Shown piece after piece: positions 50,761 to 59,517 of a stretch of 64,000 nucleotides of DNA. Source of the stretch: an uncultured Gemmatimonadales bacterium (lineage in GTDB: Bacteria > Gemmatimonadota > Gemmatimonadetes > Longimicrobiales > RSA9); the NCBI GenBank assembly GCA_963816355.1, contig CAWFKH010000001.1, positions 288,001 through 352,000 on the forward strand. Direction: 5' to 3'. The position numbers and the translations under genes are program-made. The notes beneath the pieces were generated by a model, which searched no databases, was not told the origin of the DNA, and was given only the letters and a program-made list of their open reading frames with translations. Within the stretch, counting starts at the first letter, position 1; every line of letters begins with the position of its first letter.

Positions 50761-52197
50761 ATGACGGCTGGTGCGGGACGGAGAGGGGAACGCGCCGACT
50801 ACACGTCGGGCCCGATCCTGCGCTCCCTGCTCGCGCTCGCCGTGCCGATCGTGCTGGCGAACGTGCTGCAGACCGTCTACCAGCTCACGGACACGTTCTG
50901 GCTGGGGCGGCTCGGCGCGGACGCGGTCGCGGCCGTCTCGCTCAGCTTCCCGGTGATCTTTCTGATCATCTCGCTGGGCGGCGGCCTCGCCGTGGCGGGG
51001 GCGATTCTGATCGCGCAGGCGTACGGCGCGGGCGACGCGGCGACGGTCGACCACGTGGCGGCGCAGACGCTCGCCGCGGTCTCGACCGTCGCGGTCGCCC
51101 TCTCCGCCGTCGGCTACGCCGCCTCGCCGGCGCTGATGCGGATCATGGGCGCCGCGCCGGCCGTGTTCGGCGACGCCGTCGCCTACATGCGCATCTCCTT
51201 CATCGGCCTCGTCTTCCTCTTCATCTACTTCGTCTTCCAGTCGCTGCTGCGCGGAGTGGGCGACGTGAGGACGCCGTTCGTCATCGTCCTCGGCACGGTG
51301 CTGCTCAACTTCCTCTTCGATCCGCTGTTCATCCTGGGGCTCTGGGGGGCGCCGCGCATGGGCGTGGCGGGGGCGGCGCTGGCGACGCTGGCGACGCAGG
51401 GTCTCGCGGCGGTGATCGGCGTCTTCATCCTCTTCAGCGGCCGCTTCGGCGTCCACCTGCGCTCGCGCGACCTGGTGCCGGACCTGGCGCTGATGCGCCG
51501 CATCCTGCGGCTGGGTCTGCCCGCGTCGATCGAGCAATCGACCCGTGCGCTCGGCCTCTCGGTGATGACCATCCTCGTCGCCGGCCTCGGCACGCGTGTC
51601 GTCGCCTCCTACGGCATCGGCACGCGCGTCTTCAGCTTCGTGCTGATCCCCGCGCTCGGTCTGTCGATGGCGACCTCGACGCTCGTGGGGCAGAACGTCG
51701 GCGCCGGCAAGCCGGGGCGCGCCGCGCAGACCGCCGCCGTCGCGGCTCGGCTCGGCTTCGTCGCCCTCACCGCCGTCGGCGTCGTGCTCTTCCTCACCGC
51801 CGATGCCGTGACCCGCGCCTTCATCCCGACCGATCCGGGCGTCGCGCACGACGGCGCCGTGTTCCTCCGCATCATGGCGCTCAGCTTCGGCTTCATGGGC
51901 GTGCAGCAGGTGCTGGGCGGAGCGTTCCGCGGCGCCGGCCAGACGGTCGCCGCGATGGGACTCGCCATCCTCTCGCTCTGGGTGCTGCGCTTCCCGCTTG
52001 CGTGGTTCCTCTCGGAGCGCACCACGCTGCGGGAGATCGGCATCTGGTGGGCGTTCCCGGTCTCGAACGTCGTGTCGGCGGTCGCGGCGCTCGTCTGGTT
52101 CCGTCGCGGCACGTGGCGAGGCGATGCGCGGGCGGACGAGCGGCGGCTGGAGGACGAGATCGCGCGGGAGACGATCGTGGAGGAGGGTCTCGGCTGA
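50761..52197 (+). CDS. MATE family efflux transporter
   Basis: T.GPI...LA.P..L...LQ.VY...DT, LRGVGD..TP, N...DPL.I, G.AGAA.AT and about 12 TM segments. Confidence 0.92.
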   Translation: MTAGAGRRGERADYTSGPILRSLLALAVPIVLANVLQTVYQLTDTFWLGRLGADAVAAVSLSFPVIFLIISLGGGLAVAGAILIAQAYGAGDAATVDHVAAQTLAAVSTVAVALSAVGYAASPALMRIMGAAPAVFGDAVAYMRISFIGLVFLFIYFVFQSLLRGVGDVRTPFVIVLGTVLLNFLFDPLFILGLWGAPRMGVAGAALATLATQGLAAVIGVFILFSGRFGVHLRSRDLVPDLALMRRILRLGLPASIEQSTRALGLSVMTILVAGLGTRVVASYGIGTRVFSFVLIPALGLSMATSTLVGQNVGAGKPGRAAQTAAVAARLGFVALTAVGVVLFLTADAVTRAFIPTDPGVAHDGAVFLRIMALSFGFMGVQQVLGGAFRGAGQTVAAMGLAILSLWVLRFPLAWFLSERTTLREIGIWWAFPVSNVVSAVAALVWFRRGTWRGDARADERRLEDEIARETIVEEGLG

Positions 52198-52253
52198 GAG
52201 TCGAGCCGGCGCACTCGCCTGGTGCGCCGGCTCGCTCGATCACGTGCGGGACG

Positions 52254-53573
52254 TCAGCCCTCGACGCCCGCCGTGGCGGCTTGCGGCGTGAGGCTGCGCT
52301 CGTCGGCGCCGACGTAGACCTGGCGCGGGCGCGCGATCTTCTGCTCGGAGTCCTGCAGCATCTCGAGCCACTGCGCGAGCCAGCCGGCGACGCGCGGAAT
52401 GGCGAAGAGGACCGGGAACATGTCGACCGGGAAGCCCATCGCCTGGTAGATGATGCCGGAGTAGAAGTCGACGTTCGGATAGAGCTTCCGCGAGACGAAG
52501 TAGTCATCCTCGAGCGCGACGCGCTCGAGCTCCATGGCCAGGTCGAGCAGCGGGCTCGTGCCGGTCACCGCCAGGACCTGCCCCGCCATCTCCTTCAGAA
52601 TGCGCGCACGCGGGTCGTAGTTCTTGTAGACGCGATGGCCGAAGCCCATCAGCCGGAACTCGCCCTTCTTCGCGCGCGCGACGAATTCCGGCACGCGCTC
52701 CTTCGTGCCGATCTCCTTCAGCATGCGCAACACCTGCTCGTTGGCGCCGCCGTGGAGCGGACCGTAGAGCGCCGCCGACGCTGCCGCGACGGACACGTAC
52801 GGGTCCGCGTGCGAGCTGCCCACGCTGCGCATCGCGTTGGCGCTGCAGTTCTGCTCGTGGTCGACGTGCAGGATGAAAAGCACCTCGAGCGCCCGCTCGA
52901 GCACCGGATTCGGCTCGTACTTCGGCTCCGAGATCCGGAACATCATGTTGAGGAAGTTGCCCGTGAAGCTCAGCTCGTTGTCGGGGTAGACGTACGGCAG
53001 CCCGACGCTATGGCGGTAGGCGTACGCCGCGATCGTCGGCATCTTCGCGATCAGCCGCTGGATCTGCTTCAGCCGCACGTCCGCGTCGCCGATGTCGCGC
53101 GACTCCGGATAGAACGTGGACAGCGCCGCGACGGTGCTGACCAGCATCCCCATCGGATGCGCGTCGTGGTGGAAGCCGTCCATGAACTTCTTGATGTTCT
53201 CGTGCACGTACGTGTGGTGCAGGATCTTCCACTCCCACTCCTTCGACTGCGACTCCGTCGGCATCTCGCCGAAGAGCGTCAGGTACGCCACCTCGAGGAA
53301 GGTCCTCCGCCGCGCCAGCTCCTCGATCGGGTATCCGCGGTAGCGCAGGATGCCGCGGTCCCCGTCGATGAACGTGACGGCGCTCTTGCACGACGCCGTG
53401 TTCATGAACGCCGGATCGTAGCTCAGGAGGCCGAAGTCCTCCTCGCTCACCTTGATCTTGCGCAGCGCCGTGGCCGGAATGGCCGAGCCGTACTCCGGAT
53501 AGGTGCCGTGGAAGATCGGGACCTCGTATTCCTGCCCCGTTCGATTGTCGGTGATCGTCAGGCTGTCACGCAT
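52254..53573 (-). CDS. gltA: Citrate synthase
   Basis: YDP.F.NTASC, GIL.YRGYPI, DHEQN.S, GPLHGGANE, MGFGHRVYKNYDPR, YPNVDFYSG and RPRQ.Y. Confidence 0.96.
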   Translation of the reverse strand: MRDSLTITDNRTGQEYEVPIFHGTYPEYGSAIPATALRKIKVSEEDFGLLSYDPAFMNTASCKSAVTFIDGDRGILRYRGYPIEELARRRTFLEVAYLTLFGEMPTESQSKEWEWKILHHTYVHENIKKFMDGFHHDAHPMGMLVSTVAALSTFYPESRDIGDADVRLKQIQRLIAKMPTIAAYAYRHSVGLPYVYPDNELSFTGNFLNMMFRISEPKYEPNPVLERALEVLFILHVDHEQNCSANAMRSVGSSHADPYVSVAAASAALYGPLHGGANEQVLRMLKEIGTKERVPEFVARAKKGEFRLMGFGHRVYKNYDPRARILKEMAGQVLAVTGTSPLLDLAMELERVALEDDYFVSRKLYPNVDFYSGIIYQAMGFPVDMFPVLFAIPRVAGWLAQWLEMLQDSEQKIARPRQVYVGADERSLTPQAATAGVEG

Positions 53574-53860
53574 CGTGTCGTCCTCCGCGTCGGTCGCCGG
53601 CCGTCCGGCCAGCAGGTCATTCGAGCCGAACACCACAGGATGCCCGCGCCACGCCCCACACGCTGTGGGGAGATGCCGGAGATTCGTGGCCTGCTGCCTT
53701 ACAGGCTTGTCCGAGAGAGCGGCGGAGGCAGCGGAGGCCTCCGGTGCTTCGGAGGCCCCCGCGCCGCCTCGGTTTCAGGAGATGATCGTCACGGAGAACG
53801 GAGAGGGCACGGAGGGCGCGGAGGAGAGTCCTGCGAGCGAACGTGGAGCGGCCGGAGCCG

Positions 53861-54376
53861 TCACCGGGACGCGCCCGGCTTGCCGGCGTGGCCCTGCGCG
53901 CCGGCTCCCACGTCCTCGGGAGCGGCGAAGACGAGGCCGCGACCGTGGCCGACCTTCTCGATCATGATCACCGGCCGCTTGCGGAGCCGATCGAGCGTCG
54001 CGGCGAAGCGGCGGTTCCATGGCGCCGGCGTCTCGGTGAAGTCGCTCGGTGCACGCAGCGCGAGCCGGCCGCCGGGGTGGACGCGTCCCTCCGCGTCGAG
54101 CTTGCGCAGGGCGTCGACCGCGAGCTTCAGCGCGGTGGCGCCGGCGAGCGTGGGATTCAGCACCAGCGTGTTCGAGCGCTCCGCTCCGATCACGACCGCG
54201 AGGAGGGGCGCCGCGCCGTCGCCGGTCGCCTGCGGCATCAGCGTGTCGAACGCGGCGGGTTCCGGAAGGGCGAGGATCAGGAAGCGGCCGCGCGCGCCCT
54301 GTGCCGCCGCCGTGCTGGGCGGGAGCAGCAAAGCCGCGAGCGCGAGGGCGAGGAACTTCGGGTGGATCCGTACCAT
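53861..54376 (-). CDS. Exported hypothetical protein
   Basis: Signal peptide (ALALAALLLPPSTAAAQ) and RBS GGAGG. Confidence 0.7.
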   Translation of the reverse strand: MVRIHPKFLALALAALLLPPSTAAAQGARGRFLILALPEPAAFDTLMPQATGDGAAPLLAVVIGAERSNTLVLNPTLAGATALKLAVDALRKLDAEGRVHPGGRLALRAPSDFTETPAPWNRRFAATLDRLRKRPVIMIEKVGHGRGLVFAAPEDVGAGAQGHAGKPGASR

Positions 54377-54402
54377 GAGGTCCTCCGATGATGGTTGAGG
54401 GG

Positions 54403-55089
54403 TCAGGCGACCTGGTAGCACGCGATGACGTCCACATCGAGAATGTCACCGGTCAGACGATCGTACGTGATCTGAATGTCGCACCGCGTGTTGTCGTCAC
54501 CACCGGCGAACTGACCGCCGGCCGGCGGCGATGTCGGGCATTGAGGCTGCGGCGCGTGCGTCTGGGCGTTGTCGGCATCCGATCCGATCGTCGTCAGCGC
54601 CCAGTCGACCAGGACGACCGTCGATGCACTGAAGTCGATCGCGAGATTGGCCGTCTGGCCGCAGTCACTGCCGGTCATCATCTCGTACGGAGCGCCCAGG
54701 ACCTGCCAGTCCGGCAGCAGCGATTCATGGGTGACGGTGTACGAGTCGGTGATCGTGGTCGTGAAATCGTGGACCACCTTCAGGTTGAAGCTAATGCGTG
54801 CCCGGTCGCCGAAGTACTGCATCATCCCGTAGCCCTGTACGAGCGAACCGTCCCAGCCGACTCTGGCGTCCATGACGTTCACCTTCGCGAACTTGAACGA
54901 CGGCGGCACCTCGTCCAGGCTGCCGTAGTTCGGCGCGCCGCTGCCGTCCGTCACCGTCGTCGCCTGCACTGCCGTGGCGTCCGGCGTCTTTTCCGGCGCC
55001 GTCGTGTCCGCCTCGCAGCCGGGCAGCGCCAGCGCGACCGCCACGGCCGCCAGCAGCGACCGTCCGACTTTCCTTCTCCTGATCCTCAT
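54403..55089 (-). CDS. Hypothetical lipoprotein with paired C-terminal Cys
   Basis: Lipobox LPGC, RBS GGAGGGG and an ATGA overlap with the upstream gene. Confidence 0.75.
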   Translation of the reverse strand: MRIRRRKVGRSLLAAVAVALALPGCEADTTAPEKTPDATAVQATTVTDGSGAPNYGSLDEVPPSFKFAKVNVMDARVGWDGSLVQGYGMMQYFGDRARISFNLKVVHDFTTTITDSYTVTHESLLPDWQVLGAPYEMMTGSDCGQTANLAIDFSASTVVLVDWALTTIGSDADNAQTHAPQPQCPTSPPAGGQFAGGDDNTRCDIQITYDRLTGDILDVDVIACYQVA

Positions 55090-56453
55090 CGACCCCTCCG
55101 TAGGGTTGTGGGTGGACTCCGTGGCGCGGGCACTCCGCGCCGGGACCGGGAGCGGGCTCCCGCCTTCGGCCGGCTCTGCCGGCCACACGAAACCGCGATC
55201 TCGATGAGCTCGGAGTAGACCGCGGTGTGCTCTTCATTCACCAGGCCGCCCGTGATCAGGACGCCGCTGTCGGTCGACGTCGCCGTGATCCGGCTCGCGA
55301 AGCTGTCCGGCGCGACCCACAGGCGCTGCGCGGAGTCCCCGGCGAGGCGCGTCAGCCGGATCTCGGTCGCGTCGTCCGGGCGCCGGTGATCCGTCACGAA
55401 CGCCCACGTATCGTCCGGCAGAGGCAGCGGCGGCAGCCACTGTTCCCGCTTCACCATTTCGTCGATCACGATCGTCGGCTCCGTCTGGTCCACGATCCGT
55501 CCCTTCATGGCCCGCTCCTGAATCGCTCCCGTCGCCCGGAACTCGGCGCGCCACGTCAGCACGCCGTTGCGGCCCAGGAAGCGGGCGTCCGGGTCGTTGG
55601 CCTGCCCCTTCGTGCTCGGGACGCGCTTGCCCATCTTCCGCCAGGAGCCCCGCCGGGCGTAGAGGAAGAGAGAATTCCCATCCACCGGCAGGTCCACGTC
55701 CGGGTGCACGACGCTGAGGACGAGCCCGGCTCCGGGGGCGTACGCAAGGTTCGGCTCGCTCCCGAACTGCGTCGGCACCGTCTCGCGGCTCCAGCCGTCC
55801 GCGCCGCGTACGAAGACCGCGACGTCCGCCGCGCTCCTCTCGCCTGTCAGCACGAGCGCCCACGCCAGCGAATCGCCCCAGGCGACGAGGCGCGATGGAT
55901 CCCACGTCTGTACCTGCGCCCCCTCCAGCGGCAGCCTCTCCAGCGACACCCAGCGAACCCCCACAAGCACGCCGTGCCAGAGCGCGACCAGCGTGTCCGG
56001 CACGCTGATGTCCGGCTCCTTCGTCGGCGTCACTTCCACGAACGCCACCGACCAGCCGCCGCCGGCGCGCGCGGCGGCGCGCACCGAGGCGAAGCGCCGA
56101 CCGGGAATCGGCGACGGCACGACCGCCACGTCGTCGCCGTCGATCACGGCGCCGAGGATGTCGGGGCCGCCGGCCGCCTTCCAGCCTCCCGCGGGCAGCG
56201 GCCGGAAGAGGTGGTTGTGCGCGCCGGCAAGGAGGATCGCCCCGCCCGCCGCCCGCTCCAGCACCAGCGGTTCGACGTACAGCAGCCCGCCACCCCGCAA
56301 GGCCAGCGGGCGCCGTCCGAGCTCGTGGACGGTGCAGCTCGCGGGCGCCACGGGATCGCGCTCGCCTGTCGCACGGCCCGGAGCCCCGGCCAGGAGCAGG
56401 GTGAGCGCCAGGAGAAGCAGCAGGACTGTCGTGAAAGGAGGCCGTGTCGACAT
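55086..56453 (-). CDS. Exported hypothetical beta-rich protein (possible propeller)
   Basis: Signal peptide and repeated Trp/Gly-terminated beta segments (GGWSVAF, GVRW, DGWS, GSW). Confidence 0.7.
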   Translation of the reverse strand: MSTRPPFTTVLLLLLALTLLLAGAPGRATGERDPVAPASCTVHELGRRPLALRGGGLLYVEPLVLERAAGGAILLAGAHNHLFRPLPAGGWKAAGGPDILGAVIDGDDVAVVPSPIPGRRFASVRAAARAGGGWSVAFVEVTPTKEPDISVPDTLVALWHGVLVGVRWVSLERLPLEGAQVQTWDPSRLVAWGDSLAWALVLTGERSAADVAVFVRGADGWSRETVPTQFGSEPNLAYAPGAGLVLSVVHPDVDLPVDGNSLFLYARRGSWRKMGKRVPSTKGQANDPDARFLGRNGVLTWRAEFRATGAIQERAMKGRIVDQTEPTIVIDEMVKREQWLPPLPLPDDTWAFVTDHRRPDDATEIRLTRLAGDSAQRLWVAPDSFASRITATSTDSGVLITGGLVNEEHTAVYSELIEIAVSCGRQSRPKAGARSRSRRGVPAPRSPPTTLRRGR

Positions 56454-56585
56454 GACGGTCGTCCCGTGAGAGTGGGCGTGTCGCCGCTCCTGGAACGCTA
56501 CGGGGCGCCCGGCGCACGGGACATATCTGGATGAGACGAAAAGGGGGTCGTTCGGGGCGAGCGGGAGGCGACGTCCGGTCCGTTC

Positions 56586-56912
56586 TCAGACGCTCGTCTT
56601 CGGCGGGACGTCGAAGTAGAGGTCGTGATGGAGCGTGCAGCGCGGATTGAAGGCGGCGTCGCAGGCGGCGCAGCGGTGGGGGCCGGCGAGATAGCGGGAG
56701 ATGGCGAGGCGGGCGCCGCAGGCGCCGCACAGCACGGCCGCGGCGTCGAACCGGTCGCGCGGCCAGCGGCGCGGCGCGTGGTCCGTCAGCGCGTCATGGC
56801 AGGCGCGGCAGGCGAAGTAGTCGGCGCAGCAGGGGAGCCGGATGGCGACGATGTCCGTGGCGCCGTGCCAGTGGGCGCACCGTCCGGCGACGTCGACGTC
56901 GACGCCGCGGAT
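56586..56912 (-). CDS. CHY-type zinc-finger protein (no canonical start codon)
   Basis: Manual translation: IRGVDVDVAGRCAHWHGATDIVAIRLPCCADYFACRACHD...LCGAC...RCAACDAAFNPRCTLHHDLYF, stop at 56586. Absent from the ORF track. Confidence 0.82.
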   Translation of the reverse strand: MRGVDVDVAGRCAHWHGATDIVAIRLPCCADYFACRACHDALTDHAPRRWPRDRFDAAAVLCGACGARLAISRYLAGPHRCAACDAAFNPRCTLHHDLYFDVPPKTSV

Positions 56913-56973
56913 GCGCGGGCGCGCGTCGCCGCCAGACCGCGCGCGTTCCTGGCGATCGCCGACGCCGCCCGCC

Positions 56974-57582
56974 TCAGTCGTCGTCGATCCCGCTCCAGCG
57001 GCGCGCCCGGCCGAGCACGCTCCACGCCGCCGGAAGCAGCGCGGCCGCGATCACGATCTTCACGACGTCGCCCGGAATGAACGGCAGCAGGCCGGCTTCG
57101 AGGATACGGCCGCGGCCGACGAACATGGCGAGCCACGGCAGGCCGACGACGTAGATCAGCGCGTTGCCGGCGAGCATCGCCAGGCCGGCGCGCAGCGGGC
57201 GGCGGTCCCACCCGCGCTCCGCCATGGAGCCGACGAGGAAGGCCGCGAGCGGGTAGCTCCACAGGTAGCCCGCGGTCGGGCCGGTGAGCCAGGCGGCGCA
57301 GCAGCCGCCGGCCGAGAAGACCGGCATCCCCGCGGCGCCCTCCGCCAGGTAGAGCACCATCGCGAGCGCGCCGCGCCGGGCGCCGAGCGTCGCGCCGAGC
57401 AGGAGCACGGCGAGTGTCTGCGCGGTCACCGGGACCGGCGTGAACGGCAGGTAGACGGTCAGCCGCGCCGACAGCGCCATGAGCGCCGTGCCGGTCACGA
57501 TCAGCACCGCGTCGAGCAACAGTCGCGTCCAGCCGGTCCGCCGCCACGTGAGCGGCACCGCAACCTCGGCAATCGTCGTCAC
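56974..57582 (-). CDS. bioY: Biotin transporter BioY
   Basis: PVPVTAQT, YL.EGA.G.PVFS.G, GPTAGYL, IY..G..WL and PFIPGD..K. GTG start after GAGGTG. Confidence 0.93.
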   Translation of the reverse strand: MTTIAEVAVPLTWRRTGWTRLLLDAVLIVTGTALMALSARLTVYLPFTPVPVTAQTLAVLLLGATLGARRGALAMVLYLAEGAAGMPVFSAGGCCAAWLTGPTAGYLWSYPLAAFLVGSMAERGWDRRPLRAGLAMLAGNALIYVVGLPWLAMFVGRGRILEAGLLPFIPGDVVKIVIAAALLPAAWSVLGRARRWSGIDDD

Positions 57583-57619
57583 GCATTCACCTCGGGGATC
57601 GAGTGGCCGAAGGGGGAGG

Positions 57620-57648
57620 AGAGTAGAGTCGGCCGACGACGTCGTCAA
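57620..57648 (-). promoter_or_regulatory. sigma70-type promoter for bioY with an overlapping 12-bp palindrome
   Basis: Minus strand TTGACG, 17 nt spacer, TACTCT. The palindrome GACGACGTCGTC (57635-57646) overlaps the -35 and spacer. Confidence 0.5.
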
Positions 57649-57654
57649 ACCGCG

Positions 57655-58905
57655 TCACGATCCGGAGCCGCCGCCCGCACCGTGCTCCACCGGCGGCGCG
57701 CGGTCGCCGCGGTCGTAATCGACCGGCTCTCCGAGCAGACCGGCCGCCGCCGGCCCGCCGCGCGTGCCCGCGACCGCAGCGCCCAGCACGCGCCGCGCCG
57801 CGACGAAGTGGTCGAGGAACCAGCGGCCGCGCGCCCCGCTCAGCGTGTCGTAGCGCACCCCTTCGCCGCTGCTGCTGGAGTGCAGGATGCGGCGCTCGCC
57901 GGCGTAGATCGCCACGTGGTCGATGCGGTCGCCCTCGTCCGCGAAGAACATCAGGTCGCCCGGCCGCAGCGCGTCCAGCTCCGCCGGCAGCTCCTCTCCG
58001 CTGCGCGCCATCTGCCGCGACGTCCGAGGCAGCCGGATCCCCTCCTCGCCGAACACGTACTGCACGAAGCCGGAGCAGTCGAAGCCGCGCTCCGGATCGC
58101 TGCCACCCCAGATGTACGGCCGGCCGAGGAAGGCCTCTCCGTCGGCGATCGCGCGGTAGGCGACGACGTCCGCCGCGCCTGCGTCGCGCGCCGCCAGCCC
58201 GCCCGCGGCTCCGGGATCGCTGCCAGGCGATCCGGACGAACCGCGCACGCCGCTTCCCGCGCCAGCCAGCGGGCGCGGCGGGCCGCTCCTGCCGCCGGCG
58301 CCGCGAGGGCCGCCGGCGCGGCCGAGGTGGAGCGCGACACCGGCGCGCGCTTCCCAGCCCGGCTCGAAGCCGGCCGGTGGCTCTACCGCGAAAGCCGAAC
58401 GCCGGCGCGCCTCCACGTCCGCGCTCAGCCAGCTCGCGACCCGCCAGCTCGCCCCGGCCCCCCAGCTCCATGCCGGCTTCGTGGCGCGCGCGGCGTCCGC
58501 GCCGATGGCGGACTCGACGCCGAGCCCCACGAAGAGCCGCGGATCCAGGCCGGCGAGCCGGCCCAGCCCCGGCAGGCGCGCGAGCGACAGCAGCGCATCG
58601 GCGTCCGTCGCCCAGGCGCCGTCACCGGGCGGCCGCTCGAGTGCGCCGGCCCGCGCGCCGCGCGTCGAGGCGGCCAGTCCGAAACGCACTCCGAACAGGC
58701 CTCCGAACGGATCCGCGAAACGCGCCAGCGAGACGCCCGCCAGCAGCGGCCGCCCCGGCAGCGCGCCATCCGACGCCGCGAACGGCGTCACGACCCAGCG
58801 GCTCTGCCCCTGCGCGCTGGCCTTCGACGGGAACGACGCGAGCGCAAGCGACGCGAGCGCGAGCCACGCCATGGAGAATGGAGACAGGACGGCCCAGCGT
58901 CTCAT
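57655..58905 (-). CDS. NlpC/P60 (C40) peptidase with an N-terminal beta-barrel-like domain
   Basis: Signal peptide, amphipathic beta-strands and a Gly/Ser linker, then PYIWGG...GFDCSG, LPRTS, PGDL.FF and HV.IY.G...ILH. Confidence 0.88.
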   Translation of the reverse strand: MRRWAVLSPFSMAWLALASLALASFPSKASAQGQSRWVVTPFAASDGALPGRPLLAGVSLARFADPFGGLFGVRFGLAASTRGARAGALERPPGDGAWATDADALLSLARLPGLGRLAGLDPRLFVGLGVESAIGADAARATKPAWSWGAGASWRVASWLSADVEARRRSAFAVEPPAGFEPGWEARAGVALHLGRAGGPRGAGGRSGPPRPLAGAGSGVRGSSGSPGSDPGAAGGLAARDAGAADVVAYRAIADGEAFLGRPYIWGGSDPERGFDCSGFVQYVFGEEGIRLPRTSRQMARSGEELPAELDALRPGDLMFFADEGDRIDHVAIYAGERRILHSSSSGEGVRYDTLSGARGRWFLDHFVAARRVLGAAVAGTRGGPAAAGLLGEPVDYDRGDRAPPVEHGAGGGSGS

Positions 58906-59091
58906 GCGGCGGATCCGGAATCGGGAGCGGTGCGGTCGGAGGCGGCGGGCGTTGCGCCGGCTTCTGCGGACCGGACACGTCACCGCCGGCGGTGGACCTC
59001 CGGCGATCTCACGCCGGTGGGGGAGCACCGCGCGCGTACTCTACGGTAGACACGATCGGGCCGCGCGACAAGTGCGGTGGGACCTGCGACC

Positions 59092-59352
59092 TCAGGCGAC
59101 GAGGCGGCCCTCGATGGAGGCGACACGCTCGGCGAAGCGCGCATCGATCGCGGCGAACCGGGCTTTGAAGTCCGCCTCCATTCGATCCATGCGCTCGTCG
59201 AGGCGATCCATGCGCTCCTCGAGGCGATCCATGCGCTCCTCGAGGCGATCCATACGCTCCTCGAGGCGCTGGAAGCGCTGGTCGATCGCTTCGAAGCCGC
59301 GCGCGATCATCGCCGCGAGCTTGTCGAACTCGCCCCGCATCTCCGCGTCCAT
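59092..59352 (-). CDS. Small coiled-coil protein with (RLEERMD)n heptad repeats
   Basis: Four tandem 21-bp units (59183-59266) encode the heptads. Confidence 0.65.
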   Translation of the reverse strand: MDAEMRGEFDKLAAMIARGFEAIDQRFQRLEERMDRLEERMDRLEERMDRLDERMDRMEADFKARFAAIDARFAERVASIEGRLVA

Positions 59353-59517
59353 GCCCCATGATAGCCTCGCCTGTGGGACATGGCCATGGCGGTCCGGGAC
59401 GGAGCGGGCGAGGCGGCAGAGGCGACGCAGAGGGTCATTGCACGGGCGCCGCCGCGGCGGCTATCCTGGGCGGCGGATCGGGACCCCCCGAACGCGGAGC
59501 GATGGATGGCGGGCCGC

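Noticed and set aside
56461..56522. Inverted repeat GTCCCGTG...CACGGGAC upstream of the 56453 start
   Set aside because: Only an 8-bp stem with no recognisable riboswitch or terminator features.
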